Shown: positions 55,278 through 64,000 of the stretch, piece after piece
Position numbering within the stretch: position 1 is the stretch's first letter
Layout of the letters: every line of letters begins with the position of its first letter
From: a candidate division FCPU426 bacterium
GTDB taxonomy: Bacteria; Oederibacteriota; Muellerivitia; Muellerivitales; Muellerivitaceae
Assembly (NCBI GenBank): GCA_963830915.1
Contig: CAWHOE010000042.1
Coordinates: forward strand, 15,186-79,185
Direction: 5' to 3'
DNA length: 64,000 nt
Program-made: the position numbers and the translations under genes
Notes under the pieces: generated by a model
What the model was told of the DNA's origin: nothing
Databases searched by the model: none
What the model saw: the letters and a program-made list of their open reading frames with translations, nothing else

Positions 55278-56233
55278 CCACCAAGAACGGCTATGAAGTA
55301 TTGTTCGAGCGGCACGGGAAGAACCCCATCCTGACGGCGGACGATTGGCCCTATCCGGTCCATTCGGTCTTCAACGCGGGGGCGACCAAACTTCAGGACG
55401 GCACGACCCTTTTGCTCTGCCGGGTCGAGGACCGGCGGGGGCATTCCCATCTCTGCGCGGCCCGTTCCAAGAATGGTGTGGACGGCTGGGTTGTCGACAA
55501 AGAACCGACCCTTCTTCCCGATCCGGCGCATTTTCCGGAGGAACTTTGGGGCATCGAGGACCCCCGTATCACATTCCTGGCCGAGACCGGCCTGTACATG
55601 GTGGCTTACACGGCCTACAGCAAGGGCGGGCCCGGCGTGGCCCTGGCCGAGACGCAGGATTTTCATGTCTTCAAGCGCTACGGCATGGTCATGCAGCCTG
55701 ATGACAAGGACGCGGCCTTGTTCCCCCGTCGGATCGACGGAAGTTTCGCCCTGATCCACCGGCCCCTGACCGACCAGGGGGCCAATATCTGGATCTCTTA
55801 CTCGCCCGACCTGCAGAACTGGGGTAACCATAAACTGGTCCTGCCTGCCCGCCGGGGGGCCTGGTGGGACGCCAATAAGGTGGGGTTGACCGGGCCATTG
55901 ATCGAAACGACCAGGGGATGGCTGATGCTTTATCACGGGGTGCGCCAGACGGCATCGGGATGTATTTACAGGCTGGGGGCGGCGCTTTTGGACCTAGCCA
56001 ACCCGGAGAAATGCCTGCTCCGGGGTGATTCCTGGATATTCAGCCCCGAGGCCCCCTATGAGCGGTCGGGGGACGTGGCCAATGTGGTTTTCCCCTGCGG
56101 GCAGACCATAGACGAGGATGGGGATACCATCCGGCTTTATTACGGCGCGGCTGATACCAGCATCGCCCTGGCTACCGGGTCCATCCGCCAACTTTTACAG
56201 TGGTTGGATGAGCATGGGCAAATAACGGCCTAA
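55274..56233 (+). CDS. GH130-family glycoside hydrolase/phosphorylase (beta-mannoside phosphorylase-like)
   Basis: ATGA overlap with upstream GT; FNAGATKLQDGTTLLLCRVEDR, EDPRITFL, five-bladed propeller blocks typical of GH130. Confidence 0.75.
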   Translation: MTTKNGYEVLFERHGKNPILTADDWPYPVHSVFNAGATKLQDGTTLLLCRVEDRRGHSHLCAARSKNGVDGWVVDKEPTLLPDPAHFPEELWGIEDPRITFLAETGLYMVAYTAYSKGGPGVALAETQDFHVFKRYGMVMQPDDKDAALFPRRIDGSFALIHRPLTDQGANIWISYSPDLQNWGNHKLVLPARRGAWWDANKVGLTGPLIETTRGWLMLYHGVRQTASGCIYRLGAALLDLANPEKCLLRGDSWIFSPEAPYERSGDVANVVFPCGQTIDEDGDTIRLYYGAADTSIALATGSIRQLLQWLDEHGQITA

Positions 56234-56251
56234 ATTTGAGCCCAGCTGTCA

Positions 56252-56336
56252 TTGTGCCGATTTACCAATGAAATAAATGTATTGGAAATCGGTACTACAC
56301 CGACCTCTTTAATGGATTTATGGGAAGGTCGGCATG
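56252..56336 (-). repeat. Repeat family A, copy 4 (inverted orientation)
   Basis: Revcomp reads CATGCCGACCTTCC...AGAGGTCGGTGTAGTACCGATTTCC...AATCGGCACA. Confidence 0.65.
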
Positions 56337-57268
56337 CGACGAGTGACCGCCGAATAGGCGGTCGATTACGAGGTGGCAACCTCAGTCCGGGATAAGCCTT
56401 TTCACAATCCCTCCCCGTCGCCCGGGTGGATTTATAACGCCGTTATAAATTAAGGGGTCTGAATTATCACGGCGTGGTAATTTCTGATGCCTAACCCCCG
56501 CACCCATACCCCCAAATATTACCGGGTAATAAAAATTGGCAAGTGCCGGTAAATGTGCCGGTCACCGATGACATTAATTGGCAAGTCAAAAGGGGGGATT
56601 GTCGGATACTCCGACAATTAAAATAAGGGAATTTGGTGTATTTTCGAACCCAGCCCCGCTCTTGCCCAGCCGCTGGACAAAAATCCCCCGCTTGCCCCGC
56701 CGCGGGGCCCCTGTGCTGATGGTCCTTTTGCCCCGACTCGGGGCAAAGCAGTTCAGATTCTGAAAAAACTCAAATGTCCGTGACAACATTGAGGTCTTCT
56801 GTAGAGAGGGGTAAGGTGTATACGTCCAAGAGCTGTCAGCTGTTAGCTGTCGACTGCCAGCTGCCGTTAGTGAGCTGTCGACCGTCAACTGTCGACTGTT
56901 GTTCGTTGTCTCTCGGCTATCGTCCGCCCACTTGACCAATAACTTGACCGATCATTAACGAATGCAAAGAGGGAATTGGGTCCAGAGAATTTGAATGTTT
57001 CCGATCCGTAATATTTGGCCCGATGGTAAGAGGACGCTTTGATCAGAACCGTCGTACCACCGCCCCGTTTTTCACGAGAGCTCAGGTCTTATATATCGTT
57101 AAAACGCCCCTTTCTTAAAGGGTGCACTAATTCTGTCCGCTTTTGAAAAGTTCGGAAAACGCTCCCTTCGAAGGATGGATTCCGACAAAAGATATGCCTG
57201 TGAAATTAGTTTTATGTTTTAATGAGCCCCGTTGATTTGGCCATTTACCATTTCGAGGGAGGCTTCTC

Positions 57269-57954
57269 ATGATGTCGTTCCCCAAAGTATCCAGGTTGAC
57301 CATTTGTATTTTGACCCTGTTGGCGTGTTTTTATTTCGCGGGCGGGAAGGCCTATTCACAAGCCGATAAACCCGCCGCCGTGGAAACGGCCGCGCCCCCG
57401 GCGGCACCCGCGCCCCCGCCAGCCTCTCCCTCCATCCCCGATTTCGAGACCAAACTGATCGCGTCAACCCCCCTGGGGTCCTTGTGGACCTGCTTCTCGC
57501 GGGCGTGGTGACCGGGGCCATCGGCGGTCTGGGCCATCGTTTGAGCCTGATGGACGAAGCTCCCTTCGCCGACCTGTCCTGGAGCCAATTGGAACAGAAA
57601 CCCGCCTTCCTGGGTGACATTCTGCTGGGCGTCATTGGGGCCTTCGCCTTCAATTACTTCTTGAAGACCGATACATTCCTCGGTTTCTGGTCCATCGCCT
57701 TATTGGGCGGGTACGGCGGCAAGGCCCTGTTGAACGGCCTGATCACCAAATTCCAACTCTCGGCGGCCCAAGCGGCCCTGAAGAAAACATCCGACGATAA
57801 GGATGAGCTGACGAAGACCCTCAAAAAGGTCCACGACGCGGTGAACACCGCGCCGGCCGCTCTTACCGCGACGGCCCAAGTTGCGGGCCAGACCGCGGAC
57901 CCCCGCCTGGACCTTATCACCCAGGCGCTGAATGAGCATAAATTCCAGGTTTGA
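57269..57954 (+). pseudogene. Signal-peptide/membrane protein split by an apparent frameshift at a C6 run (57469-57480); ORFs 57269-57511 and 57484-57954
   Basis: Upstream ORF has signal peptide + Pro/Ala linker; downstream ORF continues in +1 frame with TM helices; junction at aaCCCCCCtgggg. Confidence 0.35.
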
Positions 57955-57996
57955 TATTGGTGGTTGGCCGTACCTATGAATAAAAACAGGAGGCAT

Positions 57997-58932
57997 ATGA
58001 TGGGTCCGATGAAAATGCTGATGGCGATATTTCTGGTCCTGGGGACGGGGGCCGCGTTCGCGCAGGACTCCACGCCCACCCCCGGCGCCGCCGTGCCGGC
58101 CGCCAAAAAAGCCCACAAGGCCCAGGTCAAGGCCGCCCCAGAGGCGGGCAAGCCCGTCACCGTGACGACCACGACCGATCTGGGAAAATTACGCCGTGAC
58201 TGCATGAGGGTGTTCAACCTGGACGACAGCGGTAAGAACGTGAAGGGCGGGGACAAGAACCAGGTCGTTTTCGATTACAAGAGCCAGACCCCCTTGTGGC
58301 AGTTGAGGAAGGTGGATTTCGGGGACACGGTAACGTTCCATGTGGTGAATTTCGACTCGGGCGTCACCATCCAGATCCTCGCCCAGGTCGTCCAACCGGA
58401 CCTTTCCGCCGTCGCTTCCATGGTCAGTTCCATGAAGAACGCCCAGGGGGTGACGCTCACCTCGGCGAACCCCGTTTCACAAGGGCCCGACCCGGGGGTC
58501 ACCGTCAATCACGTGTCCTCGGTCCCGACACTGGCGACCGGCAAATATATCCTGTACTCCATGATCGTCAACGACGGCAGCGGCCCGACGACCATCAGCA
58601 ATTTCTATAAGGTCCGGGTGAAAGGGGCCATTTTCGAGTCGTCCGTGGGCCTGATGGGGGTCTTTGACGGCCTTTCGTCCCCTTTTACCATCACCCAAAC
58701 CACCCCCGCGATCTTCGCCCATCTGGAGTTCATCCCCGAGCTATTCACCATCCAGGACCTTTCCGTCGCCGGTACGGTCGGATTGGGGACCAACGGTTCG
58801 CAGAATTTGGGGTATTTCTTCGGCCTTTCCTTCCTGTATGGAAGCGACCAACGGTTGGTCCTTTCAGGCGGAACGAGCCTCTGGGCCGACCGGACCTATC
58901 CCACCCTGGCCGTTTCCTTCGCGGGTTTTTGA
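57997..58932 (+). CDS. Outer-membrane beta-barrel hypothetical protein
   Basis: AGGAGG RBS; signal peptide MMGPMKMLMAIFLVLGTGAAFA; C-terminal ...LAVSFAGF. Confidence 0.5.
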   Translation: MMGPMKMLMAIFLVLGTGAAFAQDSTPTPGAAVPAAKKAHKAQVKAAPEAGKPVTVTTTTDLGKLRRDCMRVFNLDDSGKNVKGGDKNQVVFDYKSQTPLWQLRKVDFGDTVTFHVVNFDSGVTIQILAQVVQPDLSAVASMVSSMKNAQGVTLTSANPVSQGPDPGVTVNHVSSVPTLATGKYILYSMIVNDGSGPTTISNFYKVRVKGAIFESSVGLMGVFDGLSSPFTITQTTPAIFAHLEFIPELFTIQDLSVAGTVGLGTNGSQNLGYFFGLSFLYGSDQRLVLSGGTSLWADRTYPTLAVSFAGF

Positions 58933-58962
58933 CGGCGGGTCATCCCTAGGCAAGGTGAGAGA

Positions 58963-59349
58963 ATGGGAAAATTCATCGATGTCATCAAAGAATTCCTCGA
59001 AAAATTCTGGAAAATAGGATTTTGGGGGCGTGTTTTCGTCGGTGTCATCATTTTGATATTGGTTTCAGCTTATTTTTTCAAGATCGCTCAGGTCAAACCG
59101 GACGCGTTCCTGAAATCCCTCGTCGAGATGGCCAGGCCTGCGCCAACCCCAACGCCTGTCCCGAAACTGTCCTTCAAGGACTGCGCGGAAAAATACAAGA
59201 CCTGGAGGGGGAAATCCCAGAAGGCGTTCGATGACCTGACCGTGGATGAAAAGATCGAGAACTGTAAGAAACTGGAAGTGTGCGATAACGGCGAATCGAG
59301 CCTGCAAAAGCAAAAAAACGACAAATGGTCGGAGGGGAAACTGCCATGA
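58963..59349 (+). CDS. Membrane-anchored hypothetical protein
   Basis: One TM (FWGRVFVGVIILILVSAYFF). Confidence 0.4.
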   Translation: MGKFIDVIKEFLEKFWKIGFWGRVFVGVIILILVSAYFFKIAQVKPDAFLKSLVEMARPAPTPTPVPKLSFKDCAEKYKTWRGKSQKAFDDLTVDEKIENCKKLEVCDNGESSLQKQKNDKWSEGKLP

Positions 59350-60314
59350 AAAATCATCTATGGTTGATCCTCCTGTTGGGCCTGGGTCTTTCCCCCGTTT
59401 ACGGCGATTCGGTCTCCGGTTCCATCGATAGTTATAACCAGGCCTTGGCCTTGATCGCCCAAAGCCGGTTCGACGACGCCATCTCCATATTGAACGGGCT
59501 CAAGGAACAACAGATAAATTATAAATATCTCTATGTGACCTTGGGCGACGCGTACGCGGGGAAAGGGGACTACGCTTCGGCCCAGGAAAACATGCTGTTC
59601 TATTTGAACGATATCGGCAATAAAACGGAAGACCCGGAGCGCTATGGGATCGCCCTCGGTCATTATTTGGAGGTCCTGAGCAAATTGAAGGATTGCGCGG
59701 GCGTGGACCTCTATTTCAAAAAATCCCTGGATTCCCCCGTGACGGTCTATGACGACCAGATCGACCGCGTCCAGACCTATCTCGATATAGCGGGTTTCAA
59801 GGGATGCCGCCCCGCGGATAAATTGAGATATATCAAGGAAGGGATCAAGATCCTCGGCTCGCTCGAGGCCTCGGCCTCCCAAAAAACCTGGTTCAATAAC
59901 GACTTTGGGCACGCGCTCATCCTGAAACAGACCTTTTATAACGCCGAAAGCGCGACCAAGGCCGGGGATCTGGCCCTGGCCCACCAGTATTTCCTGAACG
60001 AGAAAAAAATAAACCCAAGCGCCGTGGTGGATTGCAATATTTCCGTTTCCACCAGGCTGTTGGGCGAGAATTACAAGGAGCTGTTCTTGACCCATGTGGA
60101 TCAGGCGGGGGCGGATGGGAAAACATTGGCGGGCTACGCCAAGAACGCCGTCTCTTACTTTGAAAAGGCCTTGTCCGAATTGGAAATGGCGAAACAAGAG
60201 AAGGATTTCCCCAAATATCAGGACAGGTACACGAAATTAGCAAGTTTCGGCCAGTCCTTATTGGATTCTTTTAAGAACAGGGAAGTGGTCAAGAAGTATC
60301 TCGAGGAAAAATGA
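59346..60314 (+). CDS. TPR-like helical repeat lipoprotein, hypothetical
   Basis: Signal peptide MKNHLWLILLLGLGLSPVYG; helical repeat content. Confidence 0.5.
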   Translation: MKNHLWLILLLGLGLSPVYGDSVSGSIDSYNQALALIAQSRFDDAISILNGLKEQQINYKYLYVTLGDAYAGKGDYASAQENMLFYLNDIGNKTEDPERYGIALGHYLEVLSKLKDCAGVDLYFKKSLDSPVTVYDDQIDRVQTYLDIAGFKGCRPADKLRYIKEGIKILGSLEASASQKTWFNNDFGHALILKQTFYNAESATKAGDLALAHQYFLNEKKINPSAVVDCNISVSTRLLGENYKELFLTHVDQAGADGKTLAGYAKNAVSYFEKALSELEMAKQEKDFPKYQDRYTKLASFGQSLLDSFKNREVVKKYLEEK

Positions 60315-60316
60315 GG

Positions 60317-60394
60317 CCTTCCCGGAGAGGGGAAGGTTTTGGGCGTTCATTGGGGTTTGAAAGGGATGTGTCCAAAGGCACATCCCTTTTTTTA
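60317..60394 (+). terminator. Two tandem intrinsic terminators
   Basis: CCTTCCC-ggagag-GGGAAGG-TTTT and GGGATGTG-tccaaagg-CACATCCC-TTTTTTT. Confidence 0.65.
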
Positions 60395-60795
60395 TGCCTA
60401 AATCGAGCGGCCGTCTGTTTTATTAGATATAGACAACCAAAAGGGAAGCGTGCCAGCTCACCCGTTTCAACCGGGTGGTCTTTTTTATTTCCGGGGGTTG
60501 ATCATGTTCGATCGTGGACCAGGATGGGGAAGGGTCCCGCATCCGCTCCACCGCCCTGTTCGATCCCTTGGGCCTGGGGGGCCAGTTCTATGGGTGGTTC
60601 CTTTTTCCCATCCACAAGCTCATTTTCCGGGGCATGCTCCGGGCCATCGTCCGAAAAGCCCAAGCCAAAAAGGGGTCTTGACGCCCTCTGCTGGCCAAGC
60701 GCTACCCGGACCTAAATTTTTGAAATAAGATTACCTTAGCCGTATGATGGTTCATTGCCGATGCTGTGAACATCAACATATTGAAAGTTTAAAAA

Positions 60796-61383
60796 ATGAG
60801 AACCAGACCTACCGTTTATGTGATCGCCGGGCCGAACGGCACGGGCAAGACCACTTTCGCCACGCAGTTCTTGCCCAAGATCGCGGATTGCCGCAATTTC
60901 ATCAACGCGGACCTGATCGCCAAAGGTTTATCGCCCTTCAATGTGGATGCCGCCGCCATGCAAGCGGGGCGTCTATTCCTGGGAGGCATCCAGGAACAGG
61001 TCCGGCGAGGGGCCGATTTCGGGTTTGAAACCACTTTGTCGGGCAAGGGGTACGTGAACTTGTTCAAGGATCTTCGGGCCAAGGGTTATCTCATAAAGCT
61101 TTATTTCCTTTGGATCCCTGGGCTGGCTTTGGCCCTCAAACGGATCGCCGACCGCGTGAGCATGGGTGGTCATGATGTGCCTGCGGAAGTGGTGCAACGC
61201 CGGTTCACCAAAGGGTTGAACAACCTCTTTCAAACCTATATGGAATTAGCGGATTACTCCGCCATATTCGACAATTCTTCTTCCGCTCCAAGGCTGGTGT
61301 TTGAACGGTCCTTAGGCCGTGATAGCATTATTGAACCGAATACTTACGGAATGATCGTCAAGATGCTGGAGGAAAGTAAATGA
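60796..61383 (+). CDS. Zeta-toxin-like P-loop kinase (COG4185-type predicted ATPase)
   Basis: VYVIAGPNGTGKTTFA Walker A at N-terminus, about 190 aa. Confidence 0.6.
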   Translation: MRTRPTVYVIAGPNGTGKTTFATQFLPKIADCRNFINADLIAKGLSPFNVDAAAMQAGRLFLGGIQEQVRRGADFGFETTLSGKGYVNLFKDLRAKGYLIKLYFLWIPGLALALKRIADRVSMGGHDVPAEVVQRRFTKGLNNLFQTYMELADYSAIFDNSSSAPRLVFERSLGRDSIIEPNTYGMIVKMLEESK

Positions 61384-61688
61384 AGCCTTCCAAAAAACAA
61401 AGTCCTTTGAGAGCCTCCAGGGCCGCGAAAGTCGTCAAGGGTCATCCGTCCAAAGAGGGATTGATGGCCGAAAAGGCGTTGAAGATGGCCGTGGCCGGCG
61501 TCATCGAGGAACATCGGCGCCTGGGTTTGCCCATCGCCGTCATGAAGAACGGCAAAGCTGTTTATGTGAGCGTGAATGAAAAAGTACCGGCTCTTTCAGA
61601 GGTTCGAGAACTTCCGGCGCCTTACGCGGGTAAAAAACCCCTGACGGATAGACCGATAAAGAAGGTGAAGCGCAAGGGAATGGCCTGA
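61380..61688 (+). CDS. Small basic protein overlapping the zeta-like gene stop (possible partner/antitoxin)
   Basis: ATGA overlap; 102 aa; no recognised domain. Confidence 0.35.
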   Translation: MKPSKKQSPLRASRAAKVVKGHPSKEGLMAEKALKMAVAGVIEEHRRLGLPIAVMKNGKAVYVSVNEKVPALSEVRELPAPYAGKKPLTDRPIKKVKRKGMA

Positions 61689-62164
61689 CCTAGGGCTTAT
61701 CCTATAGCGGTCCTTTCTGTAGGCCTTGCTCACCGGCTTGACCAATAACTTGACTAATACTTGACTAATAATTTGGGGCAGTTTGTGGTGGATTTCTTCT
61801 TTCGGCCGACCTGCCCATCGACCTGCCCTCCGTAACCTTGGTGAAGGAGGGAGCCTTGGCGTAGGCGGATGGCGTAGGCCGAGGGTGCCCAAAAAACGAG
61901 GAAAATCATTTAGCCTTTTGATGAGGGTGTAGGTTCAATCGTGGGCCAGGTCGGAGGGACCCGATAAACGGAGAAAATCTATTTTCTACGGTTTGGGGGA
62001 CGGCCCCTGTAGCAGAGCCTATCGGCACGCTACAGGGCATGCTGTAAGGGCAACGCCATGAAGTGTGCCCGCAGGGCTCTACTTCATGGGTGGTCCAAAG
62101 GACCAACCACGATTATCTTTATCTATATCGGTGTTCATCGGTGGCTAAATCGATTTTGATGTAT

Positions 62165-62385
62165 CTGTGTCCATGCCGACCTTCATATGATTATTTATTG
62201 AGGTCGGTATAGTACCGATTTCCATATTATTAATTTCATTAGGGGAATCGGCACATCTGTGGCAAAGAATGTCTTACTCTGTGTGACTCTGTGCCGATTC
62301 ACAGAAGAAATAGAAAAATAGGAAATCGGTACTATACCGACCTCTTTAACATATTTTAAAAGATGGTCGGCATGTTAACTCTGTG
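62165..62385. repeat. Repeat family A, head-to-head pair (copies 5 and 6: 62172-62255 plus, 62289-62375 minus)
   Basis: CATGCCGACCTTC...GAGGTCGGTATAGTACCGATTTCC...AATCGGCACA | TGTGCCGATT...GGAAATCGGTACTATACCGACCTC...GGTCGGCATG. Confidence 0.7.
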
Positions 62386-62482
62386 GTTAATTGCTTTTTC
62401 TGCTGTCTGTCAGCTTTTAGCTGTCATCTGTCGACCGTCGACTGCCTTTCCATCTATGGCGAATATTATTTTTAGGACGGTT

Positions 62483-62797
62483 ATGGCTGAAGTCAAGAAA
62501 AGCGCCGGGTCCATCATCCTCAATGGGAAGCAGGCGGATTATTTCCTCCAATGGGATGGCGCGTCCTACCTGGATCTTCAGGTGCGCTGGGCCAGACCCG
62601 GCCTATTCGAAAAGACCTACGACCATTCGTTCATCCTTTCCGACGGCGGGGAAGGGATCAGGGATTGCGATAAGAAATTCCCCGGCCTACGTCCCCTCCT
62701 GGCCAAGCGATACCCTGACTTGGGTCCTATCCTTCTGTTACGGACCTCTCTTTCCCTGCCGCTTGACAGGAACCAGCGTAAGACCGATAATGTCTAA
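62483..62797 (+). CDS. Hypothetical protein
   Basis: AGGACGG RBS before ATG 62483; a degraded homologous fragment lies at about 60600-60720 (CTGGCCAAGCGMTACCCKGAC). Confidence 0.35.
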   Translation: MAEVKKSAGSIILNGKQADYFLQWDGASYLDLQVRWARPGLFEKTYDHSFILSDGGEGIRDCDKKFPGLRPLLAKRYPDLGPILLLRTSLSLPLDRNQRKTDNV

Positions 62798-62831
62798 CTG
62801 AAAGTACAACATTCAATTAGGCAGGCCCCTT

Positions 62832-64000
62832 GTGATCCCTCGAATCCTTGAAAAAAAGCTTCTTTCCACAGCCCGGCAATACCCGATCGTGACGGTCACC
62901 GGTCCCAGGCAATCCGGCAAAACCACCCTGGTCCGGCACGCCTTTCCAAAGCACCCCTATATTTCCATGGAAAATCCCAGCCAGCGCCAACTGGCGATGG
63001 AGGACCCTCAAGCTTTCCTGGCCCGTTATCCTCAAGGGGTCATCCTGGACGAGGCTCAACGCGTACCCGATCTGTTTTCCTATCTACAGGGCGTCGTGGA
63101 TGAAAACCCGACTCCGGGCCGTTTTATCCTGACAGGTTCGGAAAATTTCCTGCTTCTAAGGACCATCTCCCAATCGCTGGCTGGTCGGTGCGGCATCCTG
63201 CATTTGCTACCGCTTTCGCTCGCGGAGTTGGAAGCCCGCGGACCTTATGACCTTGAGAAATCGGGGGTCCTTTCAGGGAAAGGTCTTCATCCGGCCAAGC
63301 GGGTCAAAGCCGGCCGCCAATGGCCGTCGGTCCTTTGGAGGGGTTTTTATCCGGCCATTCACGATAAAAAGCTGGAACCCTCCGATTGGCTGGACCCCTA
63401 TGTTCAAACCTATCTGGAAAGGGATGTCCGGGACCTTCTAAACGTAGGAAACCTGGAGACTTTTGGACGGTTCCTGAGGCTTTGCGCCGGCCGGTCAGGC
63501 CAGCTTTTGAGCCTTTCAGGCCTCGCGACCGATTGCGGCGTCAGCCAGCCGACCGCGCGCCAATGGTTGTCGGTCCTCAAAGCCAGCTTCATCGTCACGC
63601 TGGTGGAACCCTACCACCGCAACTTCAACAAACGGATCATCAAGACACCCAAGCTATATTTCCTGGATACGGGTCTGCTTTGCAATCTGCTGCGGATAAG
63701 CACGCCGGAAAACCTGGCCCAACACAGCCTTCGGGGCGCGGTTTTCGAGACGTTCGTCGCGTCCGAATTAGTGAAGAATTTTATGAACCGGGGATCCCGG
63801 CCTGAATTGTATTTCTGGAAGGATAAGACGGGCCATGAGGTCGATTTTGTGGTCGAGGGGGCCAAAGGTTGTGTCGCCCTGGAGGCTAAATCAGGGGAAA
63901 CGGTCCAGGACGATCTTTTTACCGGTTTGCGTTACTGGAAAAGCCACAACCCTGCCGGGACCAAAGCGATGGTTTTGCTTTATGGAGGCGCCGAAGCCTA
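62832..64000 (+). CDS. AAA+ ATPase with DUF4143 C-terminal domain (3' end outside window)
   Basis: GTG start; PIVTVTGPRQSGKTTLVRH Walker A, ILDEAQRVPDLF Walker B; frame open to window end (absent from ORF track because no stop). Confidence 0.7.
   Translation, partial: MIPRILEKKLLSTARQYPIVTVTGPRQSGKTTLVRHAFPKHPYISMENPSQRQLAMEDPQAFLARYPQGVILDEAQRVPDLFSYLQGVVDENPTPGRFILTGSENFLLLRTISQSLAGRCGILHLLPLSLAELEARGPYDLEKSGVLSGKGLHPAKRVKAGRQWPSVLWRGFYPAIHDKKLEPSDWLDPYVQTYLERDVRDLLNVGNLETFGRFLRLCAGRSGQLLSLSGLATDCGVSQPTARQWLSVLKASFIVTLVEPYHRNFNKRIIKTPKLYFLDTGLLCNLLRISTPENLAQHSLRGAVFETFVASELVKNFMNRGSRPELYFWKDKTGHEVDFVVEGAKGCVALEAKSGETVQDDLFTGLRYWKSHNPAGTKAMVLLYGGAEA

Noticed and set aside
60311-61028. ORFs 60311-60715, 60450-60728 and 60744-61028
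   Set aside because: They lie in a region containing two terminators and a degraded fragment homologous to 62690-62740. Overlapping frames with no motifs. 60744-61028 overlaps the zeta-like gene in another frame.

Overview
This is a 64-kb window from a Gram-negative bacterium (about 55% GC). It carries several outer-membrane beta-barrel proteins, lipobox lipoproteins and no ribosomal or tRNA genes. Taxon not identified.

- **1 to about 16.7 kb: mobile and accessory DNA.** It starts with the 3' part of a conjugative VirB4-like ATPase gene, followed by a TPR-GGDEF (motif GGEEI) gene, two tandem SpoVG paralogs, an excisionase and a tyrosine integrase (4250-5320). The integrase, with about 1.2 kb of surrounding sequence, is duplicated at 13370-14654 (about 89% identical at the protein level). 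Both copies end in the same 30-nt tRNA 3'-end fragment (...GGTTCAAGTCCGACCTCGGGCACCA). I interpret this as two islands stacked at a tRNA attachment site, with the intact tRNA outside the window.
- **Cargo between the two integrases.** It carries a HigB/HigA-like toxin-antitoxin pair and a canonical fluoride (crcB-motif) riboswitch with a terminator. The riboswitch precedes an apparent operon: Na+/H+ antiporter, UspA, CrcB, DUF190, a dynamin-like GTPase, enolase and a Cys-rich protein.
- **AbiE cassette.** Right of the second att site, an AbiEi/AbiEii abortive-infection pair is bracketed by copies of an unusual 120-bp hairpin-containing direct repeat ending in GCACCA.
- **17 to 52 kb: a sigma-54 regulon.** At least 15 promoters of the sigma-54 -24/-12 type (GGCACG-N4-TTGC) are present, many sharing the extended core GGCACGTTCCTTGCTTTAACACC. 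Most are coupled about 100-130 bp upstream to the paired site ATCAAAAYGAG-N~10-GATCAWTTTGATCG. The only enhancer-binding protein in the window (20186-21814) has a XylR-N/V4R-type sensor domain. The targets are general-stress-type genes: STAS, BON, two DUF2934, DUF883/DUF1469 (YqjD/YqjE-like), GlsB, PLDc_N, LysM, rhodanese, Zn-ADH, an ice-binding-like DUF3494 lipoprotein and outer-membrane proteins. One operon encodes an SPFH protein, three PRC-barrel paralogs and a plasma-membrane-type H+ P-ATPase. Many promoters sit in divergent pairs sharing one upstream site. This regulon is my best candidate for the most interesting system in the window.
- **Short repeat families.** A roughly 90-nt four-arm structured element occurs at least six times, once as a head-to-head pair. 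There is also a CACAGAG/GCNGCCGAAGGCNGC module, a MITE-like element with inverted repeats built from CCTTGGTG octamers, and a convergent-terminus repeat.
- **Other genes.** GT4 glycosyltransferase with a C-terminal (alpha/alpha)6 domain, GH130 phosphorylase-like, REC-GGDEF, pirin, OYE reductase, AI-2E transporter, EndoIII-like, PLD/Cls, NHL, a zeta-toxin-like P-loop protein, and a 3'-truncated DUF4143 AAA ATPase at the window end.
- **Small genes missed by the 60-aa ORF cutoff.** An lmo0937-family membrane protein (17657-17803) and a PLDc_N protein (39392-39571, minus strand).
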